From an uncultured Chlamydiales bacterium (GTDB lineage Bacteria > Chlamydiota > Chlamydiia > Chlamydiales > Rhabdochlamydiaceae): a stretch of 64,000 nucleotides of DNA. The stretch spans positions 640,001 through 704,000 of the forward strand of contig OY969554.1 in assembly GCA_963700985.1 (NCBI GenBank), in the 5' to 3' direction. A model generated the notes under the pieces. That model was not told the origin of the DNA and searched no databases. It saw nothing but the letters and a program-made list of their open reading frames with translations. Positions 10,152 to 20,279 of this stretch are shown one piece after another (within the stretch, counting starts at the first letter, position 1; every line of letters starts with the position of its first letter). Both the position numbers and the translations under genes were made by a program.

Positions 10152-10500
10152 CCTTTTTGGTCACTTGAGAAACAGTCGCATGCACAATTGAGCTCTTTCC
10201 AACCTCGATAGAGGCCTTAAGCAGCTGAGCTTGCAGCGTAAAAGAGGATGTTCCCAGGTGAGATAGCGTGAGATGGATCACGACTTCATCCCCTGCAAAA
10301 AGTGGCGCAGAGTAGTCGCTTTCTGTATGCACGATGGGCATCAAAAAAGAACCTTCTTGGATAAGTGATTGGAGCGTGATGCCAGATTGGCTCAGCAGGT
10401 GCTCGAAAGCTTCGAGCGCTAGCCTCAATTGCTCAGTAAAGTAAAGCACGCCTGTGGCATCGGTATCGCGCAAATGAATGCGAGTTTCATAGATAAACAT
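10081..10500 (-). CDS. Hotdog-fold acyl-CoA thioesterase, probable DHNA-CoA thioesterase
   Basis: IHLRDTDATGVLYF (4HBT-type motif); convergent with and overlapping menE. Confidence 0.8.
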   Translation of the reverse strand: MFIYETRIHLRDTDATGVLYFTEQLRLALEAFEHLLSQSGITLQSLIQEGSFLMPIVHTESDYSAPLFAGDEVVIHLTLSHLGTSSFTLQAQLLKASIEVGKSSIVHATVSQVTKKAIPVPESLLKILTTLRSNFSCSV

Positions 10501-10743
10501 GTGCGTAGATCGTAAATTGAGAAGCGCGCGAATGCAAGCAAATTTTTGGCAAGCAAATTAAATTTTTTCTTATATATAAAAGAAAAAATTTTGCTCTAAC
10601 TCACTAAAAATTAAAACATAGGAAAAATCATCAAACACTTTTTGGCTGACCAAAAACCAATGTGAACGATTGGCCAAAAAAACCCGCTCTCATATAATCC
10701 CGAGTTTTCTCGCAGTGCCCCCAGAAGTCCAAAGGCTTAAAAA

Positions 10744-12720
10744 ATGAAAAATCTACATGTTGATCTTTCTTTAGATGCTGAACGAGCAGATAGCCTTATA
10801 CAACAGGGTGAGATGTGGCTTTTGAAAGGTGAGCTTTCAAAGGCAACGATCTGTTTTGATGAAGCTGTAAAGCTTGAACCACACAATGCCGCACACCTCT
10901 ATCGTCAAGGGCTTGCCTATTTTGAATATGGCAGTGAAGAAGGCAGAGAAAAAGCGCTGCTCATCGCCTGCAAGAAATTCAAAAGTGTAACCGCTCTCTC
11001 TCCGAATCTAATCGAGGGGTGGAATGCTTGGGGAAACGCCTTATTTCTGCTCGGCCAAACCTATCACGAGCATCACTACTTCCAAGATGCGCAAGAGAGA
11101 TATCGCACAGCATTGCAGCTGGCTGAAACACAAAAATATGATGCCTTAGCTGAACTCTATTGGGATTATGGCTCTGTACGCATGAAGATTGCGCAGCATT
11201 CTGGGGAAGCCGTTGATATCTATTCAGCCATGGATGCTTTTCACCATGCATCTTCTCTTCAAGATCCCTTTCCAGCCGACTTTTGGAATGATTTTGGCTT
11301 AGCCTCATTAACTCTTGCCGAGCAGATCAACGACATCCGTTTATACGTGAAAGCGATTAACTGCTTTAAACAAGCCGTCTCGATCTCCTTCAACTCTTAT
11401 GATGGTTGGGCAAATCTAGCTAAAACATTGATGCATCTCTATGCTAAAACACATGATGAAGATCATTTCTCTCAAGCAAATGAGTGCTTTGCATCTGCTG
11501 CACAATTACGACCTCAGGACACGGATCTCTGGTTAGTCTGGGCGCGTTTTCTTTTAGATTCAGGCAGAAATAATCAAGACATTAAGCGCCTCAGGTCTTC
11601 GATTGAAAAATGCCATCGCGCTTATGTATGTGACCCTAATCTACCGCTTACCTGTGCAATTTGGGCCGAAGCTCTCGCTCTTCTAGGCGAATTGTGCGAT
11701 CGTTTAGATCTCCTTTACGAAGCACAAAATAAAATTGCCGCTGCAACGGAGATGGCGCCCGATGCACCTGAGATCACTTTCTCTTATGGAATGTGTTTGA
11801 TGGCGCTTGGACGTTATTTTAACGACTATGACTACTACTACCAAGCAATTGAAAAATTCCAAGAGGGTCTTTCCGCCGATCGTACGTGCGCGATGCTCTG
11901 GCATGGAATTGCTAAATGCTATGCTTGTGTAGGCGAACTAGAAGAAGATCCCGAGGCGTTGGAAAAATCTCTGCGCTTCTACACTAAGGCGCTCGATCTC
12001 AACAGCTCCACTTATTACATTTTTGACTATGCACTCGCGCTGACAAAAATAGGTGATCTGACTCAAGATCCTCAATGGATTGAAGCCGCGGTTTTACAGT
12101 TTGAACGTGTGCTTAGCGTGCAAAAGAACGCACTCTACCTCCACCCAGACTGGTTATTTCAATATGCGTGCACGCTAGATCTCATGGGTGATTACCTCGA
12201 AGAAGCCTCATATTATGCACGCGCGATTGAAATCTTTTCTCATGTGCTCATGATCGATCCAGACTTCCCTAGCATTCATCATCGTCTTGGACAGGCCTTT
12301 TCACATATAGGTGAACTGATCGGAGAAAGCGATCATTTTGCGCGTTCTATCCACCACTTTAGACTAGCTGCCAAACATGATGAAGAAAATGATCAGATCC
12401 TTTTAGATCTCGCGTTAACTTTGATCAATATAGCGCAGCGCAGTCAGGATCCGAGCGAAGCTGATCAGCTCCATCGCGAAGCTGAACATAAGATTACACT
12501 CTCTGCTAAGTTGGGTAACGTGCAGGCCTATTATCATCTAGGCTGCCTCTATTCACTTTTAGGCCAATATGAAAAAGCCATGCGCTTTTTACAAAAGGCC
12601 GAAGAATTTGAATCCCTTCCCCCTCTGGAAGAGATTCTGCTAGATGACTGGTTAGATGGGGTACGCTCTACCTCAGACTTCCACGAATTTCTCTCTCAAC
12701 TCGAAAAGCGCGCTTATTAA
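10744..12720 (+). CDS. Tetratricopeptide repeat protein
   Basis: Repeated W/G-A-L..A..F..A helical TPR patterns over 658 aa; C-terminal YHLGCLYSLLGQYEKAM. Confidence 0.85.
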   Translation: MKNLHVDLSLDAERADSLIQQGEMWLLKGELSKATICFDEAVKLEPHNAAHLYRQGLAYFEYGSEEGREKALLIACKKFKSVTALSPNLIEGWNAWGNALFLLGQTYHEHHYFQDAQERYRTALQLAETQKYDALAELYWDYGSVRMKIAQHSGEAVDIYSAMDAFHHASSLQDPFPADFWNDFGLASLTLAEQINDIRLYVKAINCFKQAVSISFNSYDGWANLAKTLMHLYAKTHDEDHFSQANECFASAAQLRPQDTDLWLVWARFLLDSGRNNQDIKRLRSSIEKCHRAYVCDPNLPLTCAIWAEALALLGELCDRLDLLYEAQNKIAAATEMAPDAPEITFSYGMCLMALGRYFNDYDYYYQAIEKFQEGLSADRTCAMLWHGIAKCYACVGELEEDPEALEKSLRFYTKALDLNSSTYYIFDYALALTKIGDLTQDPQWIEAAVLQFERVLSVQKNALYLHPDWLFQYACTLDLMGDYLEEASYYARAIEIFSHVLMIDPDFPSIHHRLGQAFSHIGELIGESDHFARSIHHFRLAAKHDEENDQILLDLALTLINIAQRSQDPSEADQLHREAEHKITLSAKLGNVQAYYHLGCLYSLLGQYEKAMRFLQKAEEFESLPPLEEILLDDWLDGVRSTSDFHEFLSQLEKRAY

Positions 12721-12722
12721 AA

Positions 12723-12740
12723 AGGGGCAATGCCGCCCCT
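12723..12740. terminator. Short GC hairpin after the TPR gene
   Basis: AGGGGC-aatgcc-GCCCCT directly after the stop codon; weak U-tract. Confidence 0.4.
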
Positions 12741-12833
12741 CTATACTTCCTCACCTCCACAAAAGGCCTACTGCTGAAATCTGAGCTATGTTAGGATGTG
12801 TGTTTTTACGCCAGATTTGGATGGTCTAGTTTT

Positions 12834-15254
12834 ATGGATAAGCGTTCGATTGTCTTTGTACTTGCCCTTACTTTAGCACTTTTTTTTGTACATCTCTGGT
12901 TCTCACCTACTGAGCAACCCTCCACTGTACAAACGCCCACAGCAAGCGAGATGAATATAGCCGAAAGAGAAGCGTTGCAAAAGCGCACTGTCTCCCTTTC
13001 AGCCCTTCCGGTTACATCTTTATATAGCGATGCGCAAGGCACTCAAGTAGCTACATTAGCTGTGCGTGATAATCAACAGTATTTGACTTTCGCTTGGACG
13101 CTTCCTGCCCCTCAAACTCTCTACATTAAAAATGGCAAGAAGATGGACGAGGTTAAGCTGAGAGCAGATGCAAATAAGCTGCAATCTCCGCTTCTCTATT
13201 CCACTTCAGAAATTGAGCCTCTACGCATTATTAATCTGCTTCCAAATGAGAGCTTCGATCTTCAGCTGGTCTCTTTTCCAAGCGACACTCAAAAAGCCGT
13301 GGTTTCGCTTGCTGAAGTACAAAATCAACAGATCCATTTCCCTCTAGAAAAGCCTCTAACTCCTGCTATTGCTCTATATAAAAGTAATGGCGAATACCTT
13401 CCATATGCGGTTTATAATCCTAGTTCATTTCGCCTAACACCGATTAATGATCTCCCCTATTTTAATAGCCTAGTGCAGACCATCCAGCCTGAAATCTCTG
13501 CCCCTGCGAATGAAGAGGGAGAAGAGTTTTATGTTCTGGAAAATGCTTATCAACAGCTGGTCTTTTCTAACATCGGCGGATCTCTTTCAGACATCAATCT
13601 GCCCTTGAAGAGCAGCACACACCCTGACAGTGTGATTCTCGAGATCAATTTTGATCGAGTTTTGAAAGAGCAATATCCTCAAACCGACTGGTTCCCAAAC
13701 AGCGTCTACTATACTGCTAACCCCCAGGGAGGAGCTCCCGTTCGAGTTGAAAAGAGAAATTTGGGCGGCTACTACCCTCTCGTGCGACGCAGCATTGCTG
13801 GTTCAGGTGGAAAGCTCGCCTCTCGCGTGCCTCCTCGTTATTACGCCTGCAATGTAGTCACAAGCGATCAGAAAGCGGTCGATCTAAAATATAAAGTGAA
13901 AAGCCTAGGAAAAGATTTCATAGAATTTGAAGCGGTTCAATCGCAAAGACGCATTACCAAACGCTTCTCATTCCCGACTGATCCTAAAGCTGCCCCTTAT
14001 TGCTTCGATCTGACTATTAAAGTTGAAGGCGATGCACGCGATCTGCACCTTACATCCGGAGTGCCTGAGGTCGAACTTATTTCTGGGAGCTCTACTCCAT
14101 CTTTGAAATACCGCTTAAAAAGCGATAATAAAGCCAAGGTTGAGCAGATCGACCTGCCTAAAGAGTCTCAGCTCTACTCTTCTTTCCGTCCGGATTGGGT
14201 ATGTAACTCAAATGGTTTTTTAGGCTTGATCATCGATCCATTAACCGAAATCGACAATGGATTTAGCGCGCATAAAATTCCTGGAGAATTCGATCCTACA
14301 AGACTGGTTGTCATCGATTCTCAGCATAACCTCTACCCAGCAGATAAATATCCTGGCTTTGAGCTGCTGCTTCCTCTAAGAAACACCACTCAAGCACAGA
14401 CCTTCCGAGTTTTTGCTGGGCCTTTTGCAAGCAAAATATTGAAAACGATCGATCAGACCTATTCTGATCCTGCGACTGGATACTACCCTGATTATAAAGC
14501 TTCACAGAGCTTTCATGGTTGGTTTGCTTTTATTTCAGAGCCCTTTGCCAAGTTCTTGTTCTTCTTGATGAATATCTTCCATCAGATCACACATTCTTGG
14601 GGCATTTCGATCATCTTGCTCACCTTAGCTCTACGCGTCATGCTCTATCCATTAAATGCTTGGTCGATTAAATCGACGGCTAAAATGCAAGAGATCGCGC
14701 CACTTGTTTCCGCAATTCAAGCCAAACACAAGAAAGATCCTAAGCGTGGACAACAGGAAGTCGTGGCTCTCTATCGAGAAAAGGGAGTTAATCCCTTCTC
14801 TGGTTGCTTGCCCATTTTAATTCAATTGCCCTTCCTCATTGGAATGTTCGACCTGCTCAAAACGACGTTCGAATTACGTGGAGCACGCTTTATTCCGCAT
14901 TGGATCGATAACTTAACTGCACCAGATGTGGTATTTAGTTGGAATTATCCAATTATTTTCTTCGGAACTGAATTCCACCTTCTGCCTATCCTCATCGGCT
15001 TAGTGATGTACTGGCAGCAGAAAATCAGCTCTCCGACCCCGAAAAACAAAAACCTGCTGACCGATCAACAAAAGCAGCAGAAGTTGATGGGAAATATCAT
15101 GGTCATCGTCTTTACGGTGATGTTCTATCATTTCCCTTCAGGCTTAAACATCTACTGGCTCTTTTCGATCATCTTCGGAATTTTGCAGCAGTGGCTGGTT
15201 ACCAAGAGAAAAAATTCGCATGTTAGCAAGGTAGAACCCTTCAAGAAACCGTAG
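12834..15254 (+). CDS. yidC: Membrane protein insertase YidC, chlamydial long form
   Basis: SWGISIILLT, YPL, GCLPILIQLP, WIDNLTAPD, FPSGLNIYW; large periplasmic domain; start MDKRS at 12834. Confidence 0.95.
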   Translation: MDKRSIVFVLALTLALFFVHLWFSPTEQPSTVQTPTASEMNIAEREALQKRTVSLSALPVTSLYSDAQGTQVATLAVRDNQQYLTFAWTLPAPQTLYIKNGKKMDEVKLRADANKLQSPLLYSTSEIEPLRIINLLPNESFDLQLVSFPSDTQKAVVSLAEVQNQQIHFPLEKPLTPAIALYKSNGEYLPYAVYNPSSFRLTPINDLPYFNSLVQTIQPEISAPANEEGEEFYVLENAYQQLVFSNIGGSLSDINLPLKSSTHPDSVILEINFDRVLKEQYPQTDWFPNSVYYTANPQGGAPVRVEKRNLGGYYPLVRRSIAGSGGKLASRVPPRYYACNVVTSDQKAVDLKYKVKSLGKDFIEFEAVQSQRRITKRFSFPTDPKAAPYCFDLTIKVEGDARDLHLTSGVPEVELISGSSTPSLKYRLKSDNKAKVEQIDLPKESQLYSSFRPDWVCNSNGFLGLIIDPLTEIDNGFSAHKIPGEFDPTRLVVIDSQHNLYPADKYPGFELLLPLRNTTQAQTFRVFAGPFASKILKTIDQTYSDPATGYYPDYKASQSFHGWFAFISEPFAKFLFFLMNIFHQITHSWGISIILLTLALRVMLYPLNAWSIKSTAKMQEIAPLVSAIQAKHKKDPKRGQQEVVALYREKGVNPFSGCLPILIQLPFLIGMFDLLKTTFELRGARFIPHWIDNLTAPDVVFSWNYPIIFFGTEFHLLPILIGLVMYWQQKISSPTPKNKNLLTDQQKQQKLMGNIMVIVFTVMFYHFPSGLNIYWLFSIIFGILQQWLVTKRKNSHVSKVEPFKKP

Positions 15255-15256
15255 TC

Positions 15257-16690
15257 ATGCATGCTTGGGAAAAATTTCTGCTTGAGCTAGAAAATTCCTT
15301 GGGAAGGGAAACTGTTATTCAGTGGCTCAGGCCCTTAAAAGTTACCGATTTTGACGCATGTAATCTCTATTTAGAAGCTCAAGACTCGTTTCAGCTTGCT
15401 TGGTTTGAAGAGCACATGCGTCAAAAAGTAAAAGGCAAGCTCGCAAACCCCAATGGCAATGAGATCAAGGTTCATCTTACGCTGCGCGAAAGCGCTGGCT
15501 ATGAAAAAAAAGGTACGAAACGCGGAAAGTTCAAGCCAAATGAGAAGGTTTATCGTCCTGCGCTAAACCTCGGCCAAGATCCGCTCGATGAATCTGCGAC
15601 CTTAGACGACTTCTTAGTCTCCTCAGAAAATGAGCTTACGTTTAAATGCGTCTGCGAAATGACGGGGTTTTCCCCAAAAGCTAAAAAGCTAGCTCCCCCA
15701 AAAGTCGGAGCTGAGAATTTTAACCCAATCTTCATCTATGGCAACAGTGGATCTGGCAAAACGCACTTGCTTATGGCCTGCGCTAGTCTCTTACAAAAAC
15801 AGGGGCTATCTGTGCTGTATATCCGTGCTGAAACGTTTACTGAACACGTGGTGGCGGCAATTAGAAATGGCGCGATGCAAGAGTTTCGCAAGGCCTACCG
15901 ACATGTAGATGTGCTGATCATCGATGATGTGCATATCTTCGCGCGAAGAGGCGCGACGCAAGAAGAATTCTTCCATACGTTCAATTCTCTGCATAGCAGT
16001 GGCCGGCAAATTATCTTAAGCGCAAATTCTCCGCCGCAACTGCTCGAAGCCATCGAACCCAGGCTTATCAGTCGTTTTGAATGGGGTATTCTTTTGCATT
16101 TAGAGCGTTTTTCTCCCCAAGAGATTAAGAGCTGGATAAGCAAGAGAGCTCTTTCTTTGGATCTTTTACTGGACGATGAAACCATCGATTATCTAATTAA
16201 AACTTTCCAAGCGCACACCAAATCTCTCGAACGCGCTTTGCATGCCCTAGTTATCCGCTCTCAATCTGGAAATACCCTACGAAAACATAAAGCCATCCCT
16301 ATCGATGCGGCAAAAGCCAAAGGCTATCTTTTCGATTTAATTGAGGAAGAGCGTTTGAAGGGTATAAATCCGCCAAAGATTATTCGCGCCGTAGCAGACT
16401 ATTTTGGCATGCGGACAGATGATCTTTTAGGAAAATCGCAAGCGCGTGACTCAGCCGTTCCAAGGCAGATGGCTATGTATATTTGTCGGATGCTGCTTCA
16501 GCTCCCCTATCTCAAAATCGGACAGATCTTCGGACGCGACCATTCGACTGTGATGTCGAGTGTTAAACAAGTAGAAGAGAAAGTGAAGGTGCAGGATAAA
16601 GATACTTGTGCGGCAAAATTCGAGATTTTAAGACGCCTCGAGAGCCAAGATCTTTCTTGTACTCTCGAGACAGCAGTAGCGAATGTCTAG
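15257..16690 (+). CDS. dnaA: Chromosomal replication initiator DnaA (one of the chlamydial paralogues)
   Basis: FNPIFIYGNSGSGKTHL, LIIDDVH, TQEEFFHTFN, RLISRFEWG, GRDHSTV. Confidence 0.96.
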   Translation: MHAWEKFLLELENSLGRETVIQWLRPLKVTDFDACNLYLEAQDSFQLAWFEEHMRQKVKGKLANPNGNEIKVHLTLRESAGYEKKGTKRGKFKPNEKVYRPALNLGQDPLDESATLDDFLVSSENELTFKCVCEMTGFSPKAKKLAPPKVGAENFNPIFIYGNSGSGKTHLLMACASLLQKQGLSVLYIRAETFTEHVVAAIRNGAMQEFRKAYRHVDVLIIDDVHIFARRGATQEEFFHTFNSLHSSGRQIILSANSPPQLLEAIEPRLISRFEWGILLHLERFSPQEIKSWISKRALSLDLLLDDETIDYLIKTFQAHTKSLERALHALVIRSQSGNTLRKHKAIPIDAAKAKGYLFDLIEEERLKGINPPKIIRAVADYFGMRTDDLLGKSQARDSAVPRQMAMYICRMLLQLPYLKIGQIFGRDHSTVMSSVKQVEEKVKVQDKDTCAAKFEILRRLESQDLSCTLETAVANV

Positions 16691-17190
16691 ATTTTGATGA
16701 AGCGATCGCCTGGTTTTGGTGGAGGCACCATCGATTTCTTTTTCTTGTCATCATCTTCTTTTTCTTCTCGACCTTCGAGAATATCTCTAGATTTCTTTCT
16801 CCATCTTTCGACAGCTTCAACAAAAAGTGGAGCAAAGCGTCTCAGAGAGTTAGGGTCAGCGCCCACGCCCATTTCTAGGACACAGTGCATGAGGATCAAC
16901 TCTTCTGGTACAGCCACGCCGATTCCGCCACCTGCCATCTGTCCACCCAGCATTGAGCCTTCAAGTAGAGACTCATAAAGCTTTAGGCGTACTTTATCAT
17001 CTTTTGGAAGACCATCCAAAATTGGAGAGTAAAGATAGAGCCTATCCGAATTAGGTTCATAAGTAAGGTGCAAAGAGAAGGTATTATCGATTCCGAGAAT
17101 ACAGGTGTGGTTTTCGTCAAAAGCCAATCCTTCCAAGTTAAGTTCTTTGCCAAATTCTTTTAAGTTCGCCTTGGCGTTTTCCAACGACAT
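16687..17190 (-). CDS. slc1: CesT-family type III secretion chaperone, Slc1/CT043-like
   Basis: FDENHTCILGID, HLTYE, LYESLLEGSMLGGQMAGGG; divergent from glgX as in Chlamydia; AGGAGG RBS. Confidence 0.88.
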   Translation of the reverse strand: MSLENAKANLKEFGKELNLEGLAFDENHTCILGIDNTFSLHLTYEPNSDRLYLYSPILDGLPKDDKVRLKLYESLLEGSMLGGQMAGGGIGVAVPEELILMHCVLEMGVGADPNSLRRFAPLFVEAVERWRKKSRDILEGREEKEDDDKKKKSMVPPPKPGDRFIKI

Positions 17191-17387
17191 GAACACATCC
17201 TCCTTAGGTATAGATAAAATGTTTCTTTGCCACTATATCTCTAGCCGGAATTAATCACGAGAGAGATCGGCACAATTATTTCTCTAGGAAGCACTATTTT
17301 TACAGTGACCCTATTAAAAATCACAACAAAAAATAGAGAAACCTGTAAAACAAAAAAATATATACGAGCCTAAACCAATAGGAGCGA

Positions 17388-19433
17388 ATGAGCGCAGAAA
17401 AGAAAAATGCCATTTTAAAGGGTTCTCCTACTCCGCTGGGGGTCACCCGAAAACAAGATGGATTTAATTTTGCGCTATTTTCAGAGCATGCGAGCGGTGT
17501 AACGCTTTGCCTATTCAATCCAGGCGAGGCAACTCCTTTTCAAGAGATCAACCTCGATCCTAAAATGAATAAGACAGATAAAGTATGGCATGTGCTGATC
17601 AAGGGATTAGCTACTAATTTAGAATATGGCTACCGAGTTGATGGACCCATGCAGCCTGAGAAGGGCTTGTTCTTCAATAAAAACCTCATCGTTTCCGATC
17701 CTTATGCTCTATCTTTGGCGACCTCGCACGTTTGGGGACAAGGTTTCCCTCCGAATGCCCCTCCGCCTCGTGGGCGTATCGTAATAGACACCCATTTTAA
17801 TTGGGATAATACCCAGCCGCCTAGAATCCCCACCGAACATCTGATTATCTATGAAATGCATGTGCGCGCCTTTACATATCACAGTTCTAGCCGCGTACCA
17901 GCGCCAGGAACATTCTTAGCGATGATCGATAAGATTCCCTATTTTAAAGAAATAGGCGTCAATTGCCTCGAGCTCATGCCGATCTTCGAGTTTAATGAAT
18001 GCGAAAACCCGCGTAAAAATCCTCTTAATGGTGAGCAACTCTATAATTACTGGGGTTATTCAACGGTTAATTTCTTTAGTCCCATGAGCCGTTACGCCTT
18101 TAAAGAAGAGCGCCTAGCTGCCATTGAAGAGTTCAAGACGATGGTGCGGGAAATGCACCGCAATAAGATCGAAGTGATTTTAGATGTGGTCTATAATCAT
18201 ACGGCTGAAGGTAATGAAAACGGTCCAGTTTTCTCATTCCGAGGCATCGATAATCCCGACTATTATATGATGACTGAAGGATCCAAATTCCAGAATTTTA
18301 CTGGATGTGGGAACACGTTCAATTGCAACCATCCTGCCTGCCAACAATTTATTATTGATTCTTTGCGTTATTGGGTGCTTGAGATGGGCGTGGATGGCTT
18401 CCGATTTGATCTCGCCTCCATCTTTACCCGCGATCCGACGGGAAAACCTATCGATAAACCTCCTGTCATTCATGCGATTAACCGCGATCCTGCACTCGCA
18501 AATGTCAAGCTCATCGCCGAAGCCTGGGATGCAGCCGGACTCTATCAAGTAGGCTCCTTTCCTGGGGAAGGCAAATGGCTGGAATGGAATGGAGTCTATC
18601 GCGACAGCGTACGTCGCTTCATCAAAGGCAGCGATGGCTGTGCCGGCAGTTTTGCCAATGCACTTTGCGGCTCTCAGAACATCTACGGCAAAGAACATAG
18701 CCCATACCATAGCGTGAATTTCATCACAGCGCATGATGGGTTTACCTTACGCGATCTCGTTAGCTACAATTCCAAACATAACGAAGCCAATGGAGAAGAA
18801 AATCGCGATGGAGCAGATAATAATGATAGTTGGGACTGCGGCGCTGAAGGCGAAACACACGACCACGGGGTCTTGCAACTGCGCGAACGCCAGATGCGCA
18901 ACTTTCATGTAGCCTTAATGCTCTCCTTGGGAACACCTATGATCCTCATGGGCGATGAGTATGGCCATACCCGCAAAGGCAACAACAACACCTGGTGCCA
19001 AGATAATGAGCTAAACTGGTTTCTCTGGGACAAAATCCAACATGACAGCGGGTTTTTTAGGTTTTTTAAACTGATGATTCATTTCCGCAAAAGGCATTCG
19101 ATCTTAGGGCGCGCTGAGTTTTTATCTAATGATGAGATCGATTGGCATGGTCAGCAACCATTCAAACCAAACTGGGATCCTTCAGTTCGCATGGTGGCCT
19201 ATACTCTGAAAGATGCGCGTTCTCATGAATTTCTCTATGTCGCTTTCAACGCACACTTCCACCATACCGACATCACCTTACCTCCACCGCCTCCCCACAA
19301 ACACTGGTACAAAGTGATCGATACTTATGCCACATCTCCGGGCGACTTCATCGAAGATCCCAAGAATCACCCACACTTAAAACACACTTACTCGCTTCCC
19401 CCCTATTCCGCCCTCGTCCTGCAAGCCCTGTAA
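17388..19433 (+). CDS. glgX: Glycogen debranching enzyme / isoamylase (GH13)
   Basis: IYEMHVR, NYWGYST, DVVYNHTAEG, GFRFDLAS, IAEAWD, AHDGFTL. Confidence 0.97.
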   Translation: MSAEKKNAILKGSPTPLGVTRKQDGFNFALFSEHASGVTLCLFNPGEATPFQEINLDPKMNKTDKVWHVLIKGLATNLEYGYRVDGPMQPEKGLFFNKNLIVSDPYALSLATSHVWGQGFPPNAPPPRGRIVIDTHFNWDNTQPPRIPTEHLIIYEMHVRAFTYHSSSRVPAPGTFLAMIDKIPYFKEIGVNCLELMPIFEFNECENPRKNPLNGEQLYNYWGYSTVNFFSPMSRYAFKEERLAAIEEFKTMVREMHRNKIEVILDVVYNHTAEGNENGPVFSFRGIDNPDYYMMTEGSKFQNFTGCGNTFNCNHPACQQFIIDSLRYWVLEMGVDGFRFDLASIFTRDPTGKPIDKPPVIHAINRDPALANVKLIAEAWDAAGLYQVGSFPGEGKWLEWNGVYRDSVRRFIKGSDGCAGSFANALCGSQNIYGKEHSPYHSVNFITAHDGFTLRDLVSYNSKHNEANGEENRDGADNNDSWDCGAEGETHDHGVLQLRERQMRNFHVALMLSLGTPMILMGDEYGHTRKGNNNTWCQDNELNWFLWDKIQHDSGFFRFFKLMIHFRKRHSILGRAEFLSNDEIDWHGQQPFKPNWDPSVRMVAYTLKDARSHEFLYVAFNAHFHHTDITLPPPPPHKHWYKVIDTYATSPGDFIEDPKNHPHLKHTYSLPPYSALVLQAL

Positions 19434-19604
19434 ATGTGAATCGCCGTCGTTGGAATTCGTGCCCGTGCCCGATCTTTCTTAGACCTGGAAGCCGATTATA
19501 GCTTTGTAAGAATTAACAGGCTTGCAAGAGATCTATTTCATGAACGGCTTTACATCGACAAGGCGGTCTGATATGCTGAGAATTCCTTGCAACCCTGGAG
19601 ATTT

Positions 19605-20279
19605 ATGAACACACCTACAAGCATGCGAATCTTAGCCCTTGCCCTATCTCTTGCAGTCTTTACCTCAGGTTGCGGAAAAGGTGACGATAGAGATCAGACG
19701 GCATCTACATTACATCACATGGCTTCACAACCCGTAGTGGCCATCGTTCCGATCATCGATCGCACAGAAAATAATGATGTTTCCTGGAACCTCTCTAACG
19801 AACTCACCACGATTCTTTCGCATAAGCTGGCTCAAAAAGATAAACTTCACATAGCCAACGGCCAAAAAGTTCGCGCGAATGCGAAGAAAATTGCCGGACA
19901 CTCTGATCCCTTCGCACCAAATATCGCTTGGACAAAGAAAGTTTTTGGAGAAAATGATTTTGTCGTCTTCATGGAACTACTTAAACACGAACAGGTTTTC
20001 GTCTCTCCTTTATCACCAGAACACTCTCCTGCAGATCTTAACATCAGCATGAAAATACGCGTGGTGGATTTAAGAGGCGATCAACCTAGAATCGTGCTTC
20101 AAGAAATCATTCACGACACTCAGCATTTTCCAAAACAGTTTACAAAAGCCAACTTCAGACAGATTGCCTGGGGTGAAGATGACTTCCATGTCTCTCCTCT
20201 TGGAATGGCGCATATTAAACTGGTTAAAGAGATCTCTACTCGTATTGAAGATTACATCCTTCTAGCCAAGAGTCGCTAG
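19605..20279 (+). CDS. Chlamydial lipoprotein, CT253-like
   Basis: Lipobox-like FTSG-C; PVVAIVPIID, WNLSNEL, SPLGMAH; GGAG RBS before 19605. Confidence 0.7.
   Translation: MNTPTSMRILALALSLAVFTSGCGKGDDRDQTASTLHHMASQPVVAIVPIIDRTENNDVSWNLSNELTTILSHKLAQKDKLHIANGQKVRANAKKIAGHSDPFAPNIAWTKKVFGENDFVVFMELLKHEQVFVSPLSPEHSPADLNISMKIRVVDLRGDQPRIVLQEIIHDTQHFPKQFTKANFRQIAWGEDDFHVSPLGMAHIKLVKEISTRIEDYILLAKSR

Noticed and set aside
15257..17387. oriC next to dnaA
   Set aside because: dnaA abuts yidC and overlaps slc1; no DnaA-box cluster seen by eye in nearby intergenic DNA
18234..18734. 166-aa antisense ORF in glgX, representative of the many antisense ORFs in the track
   Set aside because: Lies within a strongly conserved gene on the opposite strand and has no recognisable motifs
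19458..19473. CGTGCCCGTGCCCGAT short tandem motif after glgX
   Set aside because: Could be a REP-like fragment, but it has only two units and no convincing second copy in the window
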